DNA of 64,000 nucleotides from Trypanosoma brucei. Its lineage: Eukaryota. The stretch is from assembly GCA_000002445.1 (NCBI GenBank), contig CP000071.1, forward strand, positions 1,120,001-1,184,000. Reading direction: 5' to 3'. The position numbers and the translations under genes were made by a program. The stretch's first letter is position 1; every line of letters begins with the position of its first letter. Below the pieces are notes generated by a model, which saw only the letters and a program-made list of their open reading frames with translations, made no database searches and was not told where the DNA came from. Of the stretch, positions 35,101-44,484 are shown one piece after another.

Positions 35101-35722
35101 TATTGGCCTTTACCAATGGTTTCCGAACGGGTTCATCATCATCAGAAGAGCTGTCAGGTGCCACCGGTTTCTTCACTGCAGCGTTGCTCTTGGGTGAACT
35201 ATTGGCTTTCACCAATGGTTTCCGAACGGGTTCATCATCATCATCAGAAGAGCTGTCAGGTGCCACCGGTTTCTTCACTGCAGCGTTGCTCTTGGGTGAA
35301 CTATTGGCTTTCACCAATGGTTTCCGAACGGGTTCATCATCATCATCAGAAGAGCTCTCAGGTGCCACCGGTTTCTTCGGTGTTACTTTACCTTTATTCT
35401 CGATGTCTTTTGCTTTTCTTTTGTTTTCTGATGTCTCAGTGCGCGCTTTCTTTCGAGCCTGTTCACTTTTTTTCACGTCACAGTCTTCAGCTATTCTTTT
35501 TCCTAGGAGTTTGTAAAGAGGTTCATTTTCTTCGTCGGTATGAACGGAGGTTTCCTGATTGTTGTATAATCGCACGGCATCTTCAATGATTGCTCCACTC
35601 GCGTTATTCTGGTTTTTTTCTTGATGATTCTGCAGCGGAACTCTGTTTTTGAATGCCTCGGCAGCGCTAGGACATGTGGCTTCAAGGTACCTCAAAACGA
35701 CTTCCTCGACAGTAACTGGCAT
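32105..35722 (-). CDS. NOPP140: Nopp140-family nucleolar phosphoprotein (LisH-like N-terminus, alternating acidic-Ser and basic repeats, SRP40 C-terminal domain)
   Basis: 1205-aa ORF. The N-terminus MPVTVEEVVLRYLEATCPSAAEAFK is LisH-like, as in Nopp140. About 28 tandem 34-35-aa units KPVAP[D/E]SSSDDD(D)EPVRKPL[V/L]KANSSPKSNAAVK alternate an acidic CK2-site-rich block with a basic block. The C-terminus FQRIDPTKVAFASNDLRDN...MRVKGKSFNKLKQKNKAKLYASGVDVSVRSFQFED fits the SRP40_C signature. Confidence 0.8.
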   Translation of the reverse strand: MPVTVEEVVLRYLEATCPSAAEAFKNRVPLQNHQEKNQNNASGAIIEDAVRLYNNQETSVHTDEENEPLYKLLGKRIAEDCDVKKSEQARKKARTETSENKRKAKDIENKGKVTPKKPVAPESSSDDDDEPVRKPLVKANSSPKSNAAVKKPVAPDSSSDDDDEPVRKPLVKANSSPKSNAAVKKPVAPDSSSDDDEPVRKPLVKANSSPKSNAAVKKPVAPDSSSDDDEPVRKPLLKANSSPKSNAAVKKPVAPDSSSDDDEPVRKPLVKANSSPKSNAAVKKPVAPDSSSDDDDEPVRKPLVKANSSPKSNAAVKKPVAPDSSSDDDEPVRKPLLKANSSPKSNAAVKKPVAPDSSSDDDEPVRKPLVKANSSPKSNAAVKKPVAPDSSSDDDDEPVRKPLVKANSSPKSNAAVKKPVAPDSSSDDDDEPVRKPLLKANSSPKSNAAVKKPVAPDSSSDDDDEPVRKPLVKANSSPKSNAAVKKPVAPDSSSDDDDEPVRKPLVKANSSPKSNAAVKKPVAPDSSSDDDDEPVRKPLVKANSSPKSNAAVKKPVAPESSSDDDDEPVRKPLVKANSSPKSNAAVKKPVAPESSSDDDEPVRKPLVKANSSPKSNAAVKKPVAPESSSDDDDEPVRKPLLKANSSPKSNAAVKKPVASESSSDDDDEPVRKPLVKANSSPKSNAAVKKPVAPDSSSDDDDEPVRKPLVKANSSPKSNAAVKKPVAPESSSDDDDEPVRKPLVKANSSPKSNAAVKKPVAPDSSSDDDDEPVRKPLVKANSSPKSNAAVKKPVAPDSSSDDDDEPVRKPLLKANSSPKSNAAVKKPVAPDSSSDDDDEPVRKPLVKANSSPKSNAAVKKPVAPDSSSDDDDEPVRKPLVKANSSPKSNAAVKKPVASESSSDDDDEPVRKPLVKANSSPKSNAAVKKPVAPESSSDDDDEPVRKPLVKANSSPKSNAAVKKPVAPESSSDDDDEPVRKPLVKANSSPKSNAAVKKPVAPDSSSDDDDEPVRKPLVKANSSPKSNAAVKKPVAPDSSSDDDEPVRKPLVKANSSPKSNAAVKKPVAPESSSDVVEDFGVTGRKRSLSHYEGESEEILRKVPRVEAVDSYRRDRKQPVVGKCDDFSVRGSGSVRRPFQRIDPTKVAFASNDLRDNGPKAEHMALRQNQEMMRVKGKSFNKLKQKNKAKLYASGVDVSVRSFQFEDSE
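32497..35400 (-). repeat. Tandem array of about 28 near-identical 102/105-bp coding repeats inside the Nopp140-like CDS
   Basis: The plus-strand unit ...ctcaggtgccaccggtttcttcactgcagcgttgctcttgggtgaactattggctttcaccaatggtttccgaacgggttcatcatcatca(tca)gaagag... recurs head-to-tail with only a few SNP or 3-bp indel differences (D/E, V/L, DDD/DDDD, T/S). The opposite-strand ORFs of 1089 and 987 aa are a by-product of this periodicity. Confidence 0.9.
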
Positions 35723-37695
35723 TGCTTACGATTTTTTAGACCCTCAAAGGCTCCTATTTAGAGGAAAGGAAGTTACCGAAGGAGTTGATGCACAGAGGGT
35801 GGTAATGTACGTTATGCTGTCGAGCAGCACGGGCAACTGGTCACACAAAGGGAATAGGTCTTTGGGAGAAAGCGGCGAAAATCAAAGAAAGTTTAATAAA
35901 TTGCAATTAAACAATAAAATGGGCTTTTAAAACGGGCACGTGTTGAAATCAATTCAAACGTTGACGTGTTTTGCCCCTTACATTTTCAACGGTTCCTACA
36001 CAATAATCCCAACGTTTGGAAACATTGCGAGTAGCGGTATAAAGTAAAGTCATAACCGACGAGCGATACTGCAACTTTGTCGCATAGCTTTTGCGATACC
36101 TTGTCGAAAAGGGTGGAAAAGTGGCTTTTAATAAATGAAAGTGACTGTAGGAAGGGTTCAACGCAAGAACGTACCGTTAGGCATACCTCATTGCCTTCAT
36201 GACGGGGGCGCTAAAGGTTAGATGAAATGTGCACACGGTGCTTACTCTGAAAAAGCAATTACTCCATGGGCGTTCCCAGCTTCGAGGAATCATGACTCCT
36301 TTCAAATGATTCAGCAAAAGCAAGCACGAGGTGGACCCCAACCCATTGACAACATTACCATCACCCACCGCCATCTTGTCGGAGAACAAATCAATCCACT
36401 GATCCAATAAATTCAAAAAAAACTTCCGACCGACATATTCCCCATAAATCAAAGACTAATACCAGATAGACTATCATCTTCTTAGAAGTGCCGACCGCAC
36501 ATCACCATGGGAAACGATGACACAATCCCGCACATCCTTTACCTGGGGATAGACCAGAACCGGAAGAGCATCGGTGTGCATCACCAACCTCCTTCAGAAT
36601 CAGAAACCCTATGACACGGAATAACCTTCCCCCACCCACACACACATACGACTCCAATTGTAACAGCAGAGTAGAATGATCCTTAGATGTCTTTAGCCTC
36701 CGACGCAAAACATTCCGAGAGAAAAGTAACGCGCCACTTAAACTCGAAGCATCGGTACCTCGGTAGTCACACATACCCACATACCTCATTACAACAAAAT
36801 ACATGCAAGCCACAACGAATTGTCTGCAAGAACTGCGATACAAGTCTCACTTCAAGTAATTACTAGAGACTGCTCAGGAAACTAAAGGGATACGGTAACG
36901 CATTACCATATTCATTCGAAATAGTCCATAGTCATACACACCTCAGGGGGAAATAAAAAAGCACAACTCTCGTGAAACTTGAAACAGTAACCAATACGAA
37001 GCAGGGGAATACCCCAATTTTCTAAGTATTGTACTCCTTCCCTGTTGTCCTAGTTGCTAAATAATAAATTTGGAAGAAAAAGAGCCAAGTACCATATCAT
37101 ATCTCACTTAGCTATGGTCATAAAGTGAAAAATTGTGGCTCATTAAAGCGTAGAAAAACTTATTCCCAAGTATCCAGGAACAATATTGTTAGTTAGTGTC
37201 TTTTCGTTGAAGAATACAACATCTACACGTGCCACTGTTTAATTCCCTCTGAGAGCAAACATAACGAAGCAAAAGAAAACCTTTATAAAACACTAATTTG
37301 CCGCATGCAAGTCAAACCCTGCGCGATACCGCAAAGGCACTCATCACCTTATGCGTGTGTCGTACTGTATTATTATGATAGTTTACCCTCCACACACAAC
37401 AATAGCCTGTACCATTTAGTTCATTTGTTTTTATCAGCAAAGTCACTGAAAACACGCCCACACACACGCACCACTGCCACAGGAGCAATTATAGAGCAAC
37501 GATTATGACAGCATGCAGCACGACTACAGTAGTGGAGCATAGGTCAGTGCAAGCAAAACATTCAGGTGAGGGCGCACTAACAAAGAAAACGAAAAACAGG
37601 AGGCACGAAACACCCGAATGACCATGTAAATACCGACGAAAGAAATGATGGTAATATCATGTTTTACAGAGAAATCAACCCCCGTTGAACATCAA

Positions 37696-38421
37696 CTATT
37701 TCATAATTCTGCACCACGGATATCCTTGTTTCTTCATTTGATGTTGATGCTGGCTTAACATGCAACCAATAACAATGTAGAAGAAAACATCTGCAATGGT
37801 TTTAAGGGATTCATCGTTCAGTAGACAAGCCAGACAACTGCACAAATAGGCACACCAAATGATGACCGAATCACAACAATCATTTTGCAAATTGTAGTGC
37901 TTACGAATAATGAAACGATTACCGTAAACTGCACACGCAAGGCAAAAGCAAGACTCCAGGCACAAACAGCACGGCTCACAGCCTTCGCAGACACAGCACC
38001 TACTTCCACAAAACATTCCAGCACAGCACAAATAACGAGACCAATCATTTTCCAACAGCTTCTTCCGTTGCAAGAACGCACAGCACCATGGGCAACAACA
38101 GGCACCAAGGCAGAACAGTGGCTCACTGCAAGGTGCCCCCAACATACTCGTTTCCCATTCGTTCTCCCCTTCCCACTTTTGTGCCCCACCGTAGGGGACC
38201 GATAATAACCCTTCAGCTGACTCGTCTAGGTTCCCCCTATTATGCAACTTACCGTAAGCAGCTGGTGGCACGTAAACACCATATAGAAATTGATCGTCCA
38301 TGGCGGTAGGCGGTGTTTTCCAGCCAGCATCGGGCGGCAGAGAAGCGGGCTGTTTTCCATTATCTGTGGGAGGCCCAGCCAGCACATTTAAGGCTGGGGA
38401 ACAATCCCGCCCAGCGCACAT
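37696..38421 (-). CDS. PLAC8 (Cys-rich, CCxxxCPxC) domain protein, array copy 1 (divergent, no PPPPAGYGQ repeats)
   Basis: The listed ORF 37696..38646 starts inside a polypyrimidine tract (FSCFPVLLFYRW...FLFPFIIF). The first Met after the tract and AG is MCAGRDCSPALNVLAGPP.. (start 38421), giving 241 aa. The PLAC8 signature is FCLGACCCPWCCAFLQ...CCVCEGCEPCCLCLESCFCL...NLQNDCCDSVIIWCAYLCSCLACLLNDESL. Differences from copies 2 and 3 are a distinct linker (..KQPASLPPDAGWKTPP..), MFCGSRCC vs LCGDRNCC, AVYGNRFIIRK vs AAHGNRFMVLQ, and the C-terminus ..YPWCRIMK vs ..YPREQTME. Confidence 0.75.
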   Translation of the reverse strand: MCAGRDCSPALNVLAGPPTDNGKQPASLPPDAGWKTPPTAMDDQFLYGVYVPPAAYGKLHNRGNLDESAEGLLSVPYGGAQKWEGENEWETSMLGAPCSEPLFCLGACCCPWCCAFLQRKKLLENDWSRYLCCAGMFCGSRCCVCEGCEPCCLCLESCFCLACAVYGNRFIIRKHYNLQNDCCDSVIIWCAYLCSCLACLLNDESLKTIADVFFYIVIGCMLSQHQHQMKKQGYPWCRIMK

Positions 38422-38440
38422 ACTTTCTTTCGGAGCACCA

Positions 38441-38492
38441 CTGTTGAGAAATATAATAAAAGGAAACAAGAACAGCAGCAAACAAACAACAC
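38441..38492 (-). promoter_or_regulatory. Polypyrimidine tract plus AG: candidate spliced-leader trans-splice acceptor for PLAC8 copy 1 (identical elements at about 41067-41118 and 43828-43879 for copies 2 and 3)
   Basis: The minus strand reads ..ttgtttgtttgctgctgttcttgtttccttttattatatttctcaacag, then about 19 nt, then ATG. This is the classic kinetoplastid polyY-AG arrangement, repeated identically before each array copy. Confidence 0.45.
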
Positions 38493-40255
38493 TATGGAAA
38501 TATTTTGCGCTGTACACGGGACACGGATACCTGACAATTGGAGGCCATCTGTAAAAAAGTAAGACAGGAAAGCAACTAAATGCTACATGTATCACATAAA
38601 CACTCATTTTCTCAACTGTTGCGTCCAAGCTCGCCCGTCCATGCACTACCAGTACTACCCGTCTCTCAAACTAAACACTTTCACACTCATATTTCACCCG
38701 CTCGCGAAGTATTGTCGCTTCAAACATCTACTACGACTGCCCGCATACAATCCACCGGTTGAGGATCTATTACAATAAATGACGCGGCCACACTCATTTG
38801 TAGAGGAGAGCCACATTGGGTTAAAATCTAAACAGAAAGACCAAAAATTAGCGTTACAGAAAAAGAGATAGCGAGTAGAACAGCACAACAGCCTCTCACT
38901 TAGCGAGAAACACACGCACTTGGATAAAAGATAGTGCACACAAATATAACACAATCCTTCCCGACTAGCAACCAGCCATGAACAAGATCTCGCATCCATT
39001 AGCCAACACTTTGCACTTTAAAAGCGATATATCCAACCATGACGCAGGGATAACCGTCAAAATGTCGAACTTTATCTGCTGAGTGACCTTTACATCCACC
39101 CGCGCACTTCAAGTAACCGTCATCATTTGCTCTTTTTGTTTTACCAACCTCCTTCAGAATCAGAAACCCTATGACACGGAATAACCTTCCCCCACCCACA
39201 CACACATACGACTCCAATTGTAACAGCAGAGTAGAATGATCCTCAGATGTCTTTAGCCTCCGACGCAAAACATTCCGAGAGAAAAGTAACGCGCCACTTA
39301 AACTCGAAGCATCGGTACCTCGGTAGTCACACATACCCACATACCTCATTACAACAAAATACATGCAAGCCACAACGAATTGTCTGCAAGAACTGCGATA
39401 CAAGTCTCACTTCAAGTAATTACTAGAGACTGCTCAGGAAACTAAAGGGATACGGTAACGCATTACCATATTCATTCGAAATAGTCCATAGTCATACACA
39501 CCTCAGGGGGAAATAAAAAAGCACAACTCTCGTGAAACTTGAAACAGTAACCAATACGAAGCAGGGGAATACCCCAATTTTCTAAGTATTGTACTCCTTC
39601 CCTGTTGTCCTAGTTGCTAAATAATAAATTTGGAAGAAAAAGAGCCAAGTACCATATCATATCTCACTTAGCTATGGTCATAAAGTGAAAAATTGTGGCT
39701 CATTAAAGCGTAGAAAAACTTATTCCCAAGTATCCAGGAACAATATTGTTAGTTAGTGTCTTTTCGTTGAAGAATACAACATCTACACGTGCCACTGTTT
39801 AATTCCCTCTGAGAGCAAACATAACGAAGCAAAAGAAAACCTTTATAAAACACTAATTTGCCGCATGCAAGTCAAACCCTGCGCGATACCGCAAAGGCAC
39901 TCATCACCTTATGCGTGTGTCGTACTGTATTATTATGATAGTTTACCCTCCACACACAACAATAGCCTGTACCATTTAGTTCATTTGTTTTTATCAGCAA
40001 AGTCACTGAAAACACGCCCACACACACGCACCACTGCCACAGGAGCAATTATAGAGCAACGATTATGACAGCATGCAGCACGACTACAGTAGTGGAGCAT
40101 AGGTCAGTGCAAGCAAAACATTCAGGTGAGGGCGCACTAACAAAGAAAACGAAAAACAGGAGGCACGAAACACCCGAATGACCATGTAAATACCGACGAA
40201 AGAAATGATGGTAATATCATGTTTTACAGAGAAATCAACCCCCGTTGAACATCAA

Positions 40256-41047
40256 CTATTCCATTGTTTGCTCTCTTGGATATCCTTGTTTCTTCATTTG
40301 ATGTTGATGCTGGCTTAACATGCAACCAATAACAATGTAGAAGAAAACATCTGCAATGGTTTTAAGGGATTCATCGTTCAGTAGACAAGCCAGACAACTG
40401 CACAAATAGGCACACCAAATGATGACCGAATCACAACAATCATTTTGCAAATTGTAGTGCTGAAGAACCATGAAACGATTACCGTGAGCGGCACAGGGGA
40501 GGCAAAAGCAAGACTCCAGGCACAAACAGCACGGCTCACAGCCTTCGCAGACACAGCAATTCCTGTCGCCACAAAGTCCAGCACAACACAAATAACGAGA
40601 CCAATCATTTTCCAACAGCTTCTTCCGTTGCAAGAACGCACAGCACCATGGGCAACAACAGGCACCAAGGCAGAACAGTGGCTCACTGCAAGGTGCCCCC
40701 AACATACTCGTTTCCCATTCGTTCTCCCCTTCCCACTTTTGCACTTCAGCATAGTCATCCGGTGGTTTGTAAACGCCACACGGCGGTTGACCATATCCGG
40801 CAGGTGGTGGGGGTTGACCATATCCGGCAGGTGGTGGGGGTTGACCATATCCGGCAGGTGGTGGGGGCTGACCATATCCGGCAGGTGGTGGGGGTTGACC
40901 ATATCCGGCAGGTGGTGGGGGTTGACCATATCCGGCAGGTGGTGGGGGTTGACCATATCCGGCAGGTGGTGGGGGCTGTTTTCCATTATCTGTGGGAGGC
41001 CCAGCCAGCACATTTAAGGCTGGGGAACAATCCCGCCCAGCGCACAT
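40256..41047 (-). CDS. PLAC8 domain protein, array copy 2, with 7 x PPPPAGYGQ N-terminal repeats
   Basis: Same architecture as copy 1. Start at MCAGRDCSPALNVLAGPPTDNGKQ, then (PPPPAGYGQ)x7, PPCGVYKPPDDYAEVQKWEGENEWE, then the PLAC8 Cys-rich core. About 263 aa. The upstream polypyrimidine tract plus AG is identical to copy 1. Confidence 0.75.
   Translation of the reverse strand: MCAGRDCSPALNVLAGPPTDNGKQPPPPAGYGQPPPPAGYGQPPPPAGYGQPPPPAGYGQPPPPAGYGQPPPPAGYGQPPPPAGYGQPPCGVYKPPDDYAEVQKWEGENEWETSMLGAPCSEPLFCLGACCCPWCCAFLQRKKLLENDWSRYLCCAGLCGDRNCCVCEGCEPCCLCLESCFCLPCAAHGNRFMVLQHYNLQNDCCDSVIIWCAYLCSCLACLLNDESLKTIADVFFYIVIGCMLSQHQHQMKKQGYPREQTME
40784..40976 (-). repeat. 27-bp coding minisatellite (ggttgaccatatccggcaggtggtggg)n, about 7 copies, encoding (PPPPAGYGQ)n on the minus strand
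   Basis: Perfect 27-mers with only a g/c wobble (gggggttgacc vs gggggctgacc). They lie in-frame within PLAC8 copy 2. Confidence 0.9.
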
Positions 41048-42881
41048 ACTTTCTTTCGGAGCACCACTGTTGAGAAATATAATAAAAGGAAACAAGAACA
41101 GCAGCAAACAAACAACACTATGGAAATATTTTGCGCTGTACACGGGACACGGATACCTGACAATTGGAGGCCATCTGTAAAAAAGTAAGACAGGAAAGCA
41201 ACTAAATGCTACATGTATCACATAAACACTCATTTTCTCAACTGTTGCGTCCAAGCTCGCCCGTCCATGCACTACCAGTACTACCCGTCTCTCAAACTAA
41301 ACACTTTCACACTCATATTTCACCCGCTCGCGAAGTATTGTCGCTTCAAACATCTACTACGACTGCCCGCATACAATCCACCGGTTGAGGATCTATTACA
41401 ATAAATGACGCGGCCACACTCATTTGTAGAGGAGAGCCACATTGGGTTAAAATCTAAACAGAAAGACCAAAAATTAGCGTTACAGAAAAAGAGATAGCGA
41501 GTAGAACAGCACAACAGCCTCTCACTTAGCGAGAAACACACGCACTTGGATAAAAGATAGTGCACACAAATATAACACAATCCTTCCCGACTAGCAACCA
41601 GCCATGAACAAGATCTCGCATCCATTAGCCAACACTTTGCACTTTAAAAGCGATATATCCAACCATGACGCAGGGATAACCGTCAAAATGTCGAACTTTA
41701 TCTGCTGAGTGACCTTTACATCCACCCGCGCACTTCAAGTAACCGTCATCATTTGCTCTTTTTGTTTTACCAACCTCCTTCAGAATCAGAAACCCTATGA
41801 CACGGAATAACCTTCCCCCACCCACACACACATACGACTCCAATTGTAACAGCAGAGTAGAATGATCCTTAGATGTCTTTAGCCTCCGACGCAAAACATT
41901 CCGAGAGAAAAGTAACGCGCCACTTAAACTCGAAGCATCGGTACCTCGGTAGTCACACATACCCACATACCTCATTACAACAAAATACATGCAAGCCACA
42001 ACGAATTGTCTGCAAGAACTGCGATACAAGTCTCACTTCAAGTAATTACTAGAGACTGCTCAGGAAACTAAAGGGATACGGTAACGCATTACCATATTCA
42101 TTCGAAATAGTCCATAGTCATACACACCTCAGGGGGAAATAAAAAAGCACAACTCTCGTGAAACTTGAAACAGTAACCAATACGAAGCAGGGGAATACCC
42201 CAATTTTCTAAGTATTGTACTCCTTCCCTGTTGTCCTAGTTGCTAAATAATAAATTTGGAAGAAAAAGAGCCAAGTACCATATCATATCTCACTTAGCTA
42301 TGGTCATAAAGTGAAAAATTGTGGCTCATTAAAGCGTAGAAAAACTTATTCCCAAGTATCCAGGAACAATATTGTTAGTTAGTGTCTTTTCGTTGAAGAA
42401 TACAACATCTACACGTGCCACTGTTTAATTCCCTCTGAGAGCAAACATAACGAAGCAAAAGAAAACCTTTATAAAACACTAATTTGCCGCATGCAAGTCA
42501 AACCCTGCGCGATACCGCAAAGGCACTCATCACCTTATGCGTGTGTCGTACTGTATTATTATGATAGTTTACCCTCCACACACAACAATAGCCTGTACCA
42601 TTTAGTTCATTTGTTTTTATCAGCAAAGTCACTGAAAACACGCCCACACACACGCACCACTGCCACAGGAGCAATTATAGAGCAACGATTATGACAGCAT
42701 GCAGCACGACTACAGTAGTGGAGCATAGGTCAGTGCAAGCAAAACATTCAGGTGAGGGCGCACTAACAAAGAAAACGAAAAACAGGAGGCACGAAACACC
42801 CGAATGACCATGTAAATACCGACGAAAGAAATGATGGTAATATCATGTTTTACAGAGAAATCAACCCCCGTTGAACATCAA

Positions 42882-43808
42882 CTATTCCATTGTTTGCTCT
42901 CTTGGATATCCTTGTTTCTTCATTTGATGTTGATGCTGGCTTAACATGCAACCAATAACAATGTAGAAGAAAACATCTGCAATGGTTTTAAGGGATTCAT
43001 CGTTCAGTAGACAAGCCAGACAACTGCACAAATAGGCACACCAAATGATGACCGAATCACAACAATCATTTTGCAAATTGTAGTGCTGAAGAACCATGAA
43101 ACGATTACCGTGAGCGGCACAGGGGAGGCAAAAGCAAGACTCCAGGCACAAACAGCACGGCTCACAGCCTTCGCAGACACAGCAATTCCTGTCGCCACAA
43201 AGTCCAGCACAACACAAATAACGAGACCAATCATTTTCCAACAGCTTCTTCCGTTGCAAGAACGCACAGCACCATGGGCAACAACAGGCACCAAGGCAGA
43301 ACAGTGGCTCACTGCAAGGTGCCCCCAACATACTCGTTTCCCATTCGTTCTCCCCTTCCCACTTTTGCACTTCAGCATAGTCATCCGGTGGTTTGTAAAC
43401 GCCACACGGCGGTTGACCATATCCGGCAGGTGGTGGGGGTTGACCATATCCGGCAGGTGGTGGGGGCTGACCATATCCGGCAGGTGGTGGGGGTTGACCA
43501 TATCCGGCAGGTGGTGGGGGCTGACCATATCCGGCAGGTGGTGGGGGTTGACCATATCCGGCAGGTGGTGGGGGTTGACCATATCCGGCAGGTGGTGGGG
43601 GTTGACCATATCCGGCAGGTGGTGGGGGCTGACCATATCCGGCAGGTGGTGGGGGTTGACCATATCCGGCAGGTGGTGGGGGTTGACCATATCCGGCAGG
43701 TGGTGGGGGTTGACCATATCCGGCAGGTGGTGGGGGCTGTTTTCCATTATCTGTGGGAGGCCCAGCCAGCACATTTAAGGCTGGGGAACAATCCCGCCCA
43801 GCGCACAT
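42882..43808 (-). CDS. PLAC8 domain protein, array copy 3, with 12 x PPPPAGYGQ N-terminal repeats
   Basis: Identical to copy 2 except for 12 rather than 7 nonapeptide repeats; about 308 aa. Confidence 0.75.
   Translation of the reverse strand: MCAGRDCSPALNVLAGPPTDNGKQPPPPAGYGQPPPPAGYGQPPPPAGYGQPPPPAGYGQPPPPAGYGQPPPPAGYGQPPPPAGYGQPPPPAGYGQPPPPAGYGQPPPPAGYGQPPPPAGYGQPPPPAGYGQPPCGVYKPPDDYAEVQKWEGENEWETSMLGAPCSEPLFCLGACCCPWCCAFLQRKKLLENDWSRYLCCAGLCGDRNCCVCEGCEPCCLCLESCFCLPCAAHGNRFMVLQHYNLQNDCCDSVIIWCAYLCSCLACLLNDESLKTIADVFFYIVIGCMLSQHQHQMKKQGYPREQTME
43410..43737 (-). repeat. 27-bp coding minisatellite, about 12 copies, in PLAC8 copy 3
   Basis: Same 27-mer as in copy 2, with 12 copies in copy 3. 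Confidence 0.9.
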
Positions 43809-44484
43809 ACTTTCTTTCGGAGCACCACTGTTGAGAAATATAATAAAAGGAAACAAGAACAGCAGCAAACAAACAACACTATGGAAATATTTTGCGCTGT
43901 ACACGGGACACGGATACCTGACAATTGGAGGCCATCTGTAAAAAAGTAAGACAGGAAAGCAACTAAATGCTACATGTATCACATAAACACTCATTTTCTC
44001 AACTGTTGCGTCCAAGCTCGCCCGTCCATGCACTACCAGTACTACCCGTCTCTCAAACTAAACACTTTCACACTCATATTTCACCCGCTCGCGAAGTATT
44101 GTCGCTTCAAACATCTACTACGACTGCCCGCATACAATCCACCGGTTGAGGATCTATTACAATAAATGACGCGGCCACACTCATTTGTAGAGGAGAGCCA
44201 CATTGGGTTAAAATCTAAACAGAAAGACCAAAAATTAGCGTTACAGAAAAAGAGATAGCGAGTAGAACAGCACAACAGCTTCTCACTTAGCGAGAAACAC
44301 ACGCACTTAGGAAAACAAATGTTAGGCATGAAACTGAAAAAAAAAGAAACTCGAGGAGATGGAAGAAGGAAAAGACAACAGTCAATTTTCATCCACTGGA
44401 TACTAATAAACCAAAAAAGATGGTAATAATCTATAATGGAGTCACATTCACTTGCAGTGAAAGCGAGTGCACGTGCCAACTCAT

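Larger units (their letters stand above)
36566..44310 (-). repeat. Direct tandem array of about three 2.56-2.77-kb units, each carrying one PLAC8-domain gene
   Basis: The 36571 block accaacctccttcagaatcagaaaccctatgacacgg recurs at 39135 and 41771. Long stretches between are identical (e.g. 36.57-37.70 vs 39.13-40.26 vs 41.77-42.88 kb). Identity breaks after about 44290 (cctctcacttagcgagaaacacacgcacttgg... vs cttctcacttagcgagaaacacacgcacttag...). Unit length varies only through the internal 27-bp minisatellite. Confidence 0.9.

Noticed and set aside
32320-35589. Very long plus-strand ORFs (1089 aa, 32320-35589; 987 aa, 32553-35516) antisense to the Nopp140-like gene
   Set aside because: They arise only because the 102/105-bp repeat is stop-free in other frames. 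Their 'proteins' are pure periodic low-complexity (..VHHHHQKSCQVPPVSSLQRCSWVNYW.. and ..GFRTGSSSSSEELSGATGFFTAALLLGELLAF..) and lie on the non-transcribed strand of a unidirectional unit. The minus-strand frame has Nopp140 N- and C-terminal domains.
37696-38646. The longer N-terminal extension of the PLAC8 ORFs (MHGRASLDATVEKMSVYVIHVAFSCFPVLLFYRW...)
   Set aside because: The extra 75 codons are Phe/Leu/Pro-rich because they translate the polypyrimidine trans-splicing tract and its AG. The start was moved to the first Met downstream (MCAGRD...).
40378-41073. Alternative-frame and opposite-strand ORFs across the PPPPAGYGQ minisatellite (e.g. 40378-41013 minus, 40445-41017 plus, 40648-41073 plus; the same in copy 3)
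   Set aside because: These are repeat-induced open frames giving (HHLPDMVNP)n, (GRWWGLTIS)n and (DHIRQVVGV)n. The frame continuous with the PLAC8 Cys-rich core is the only one with domain content.
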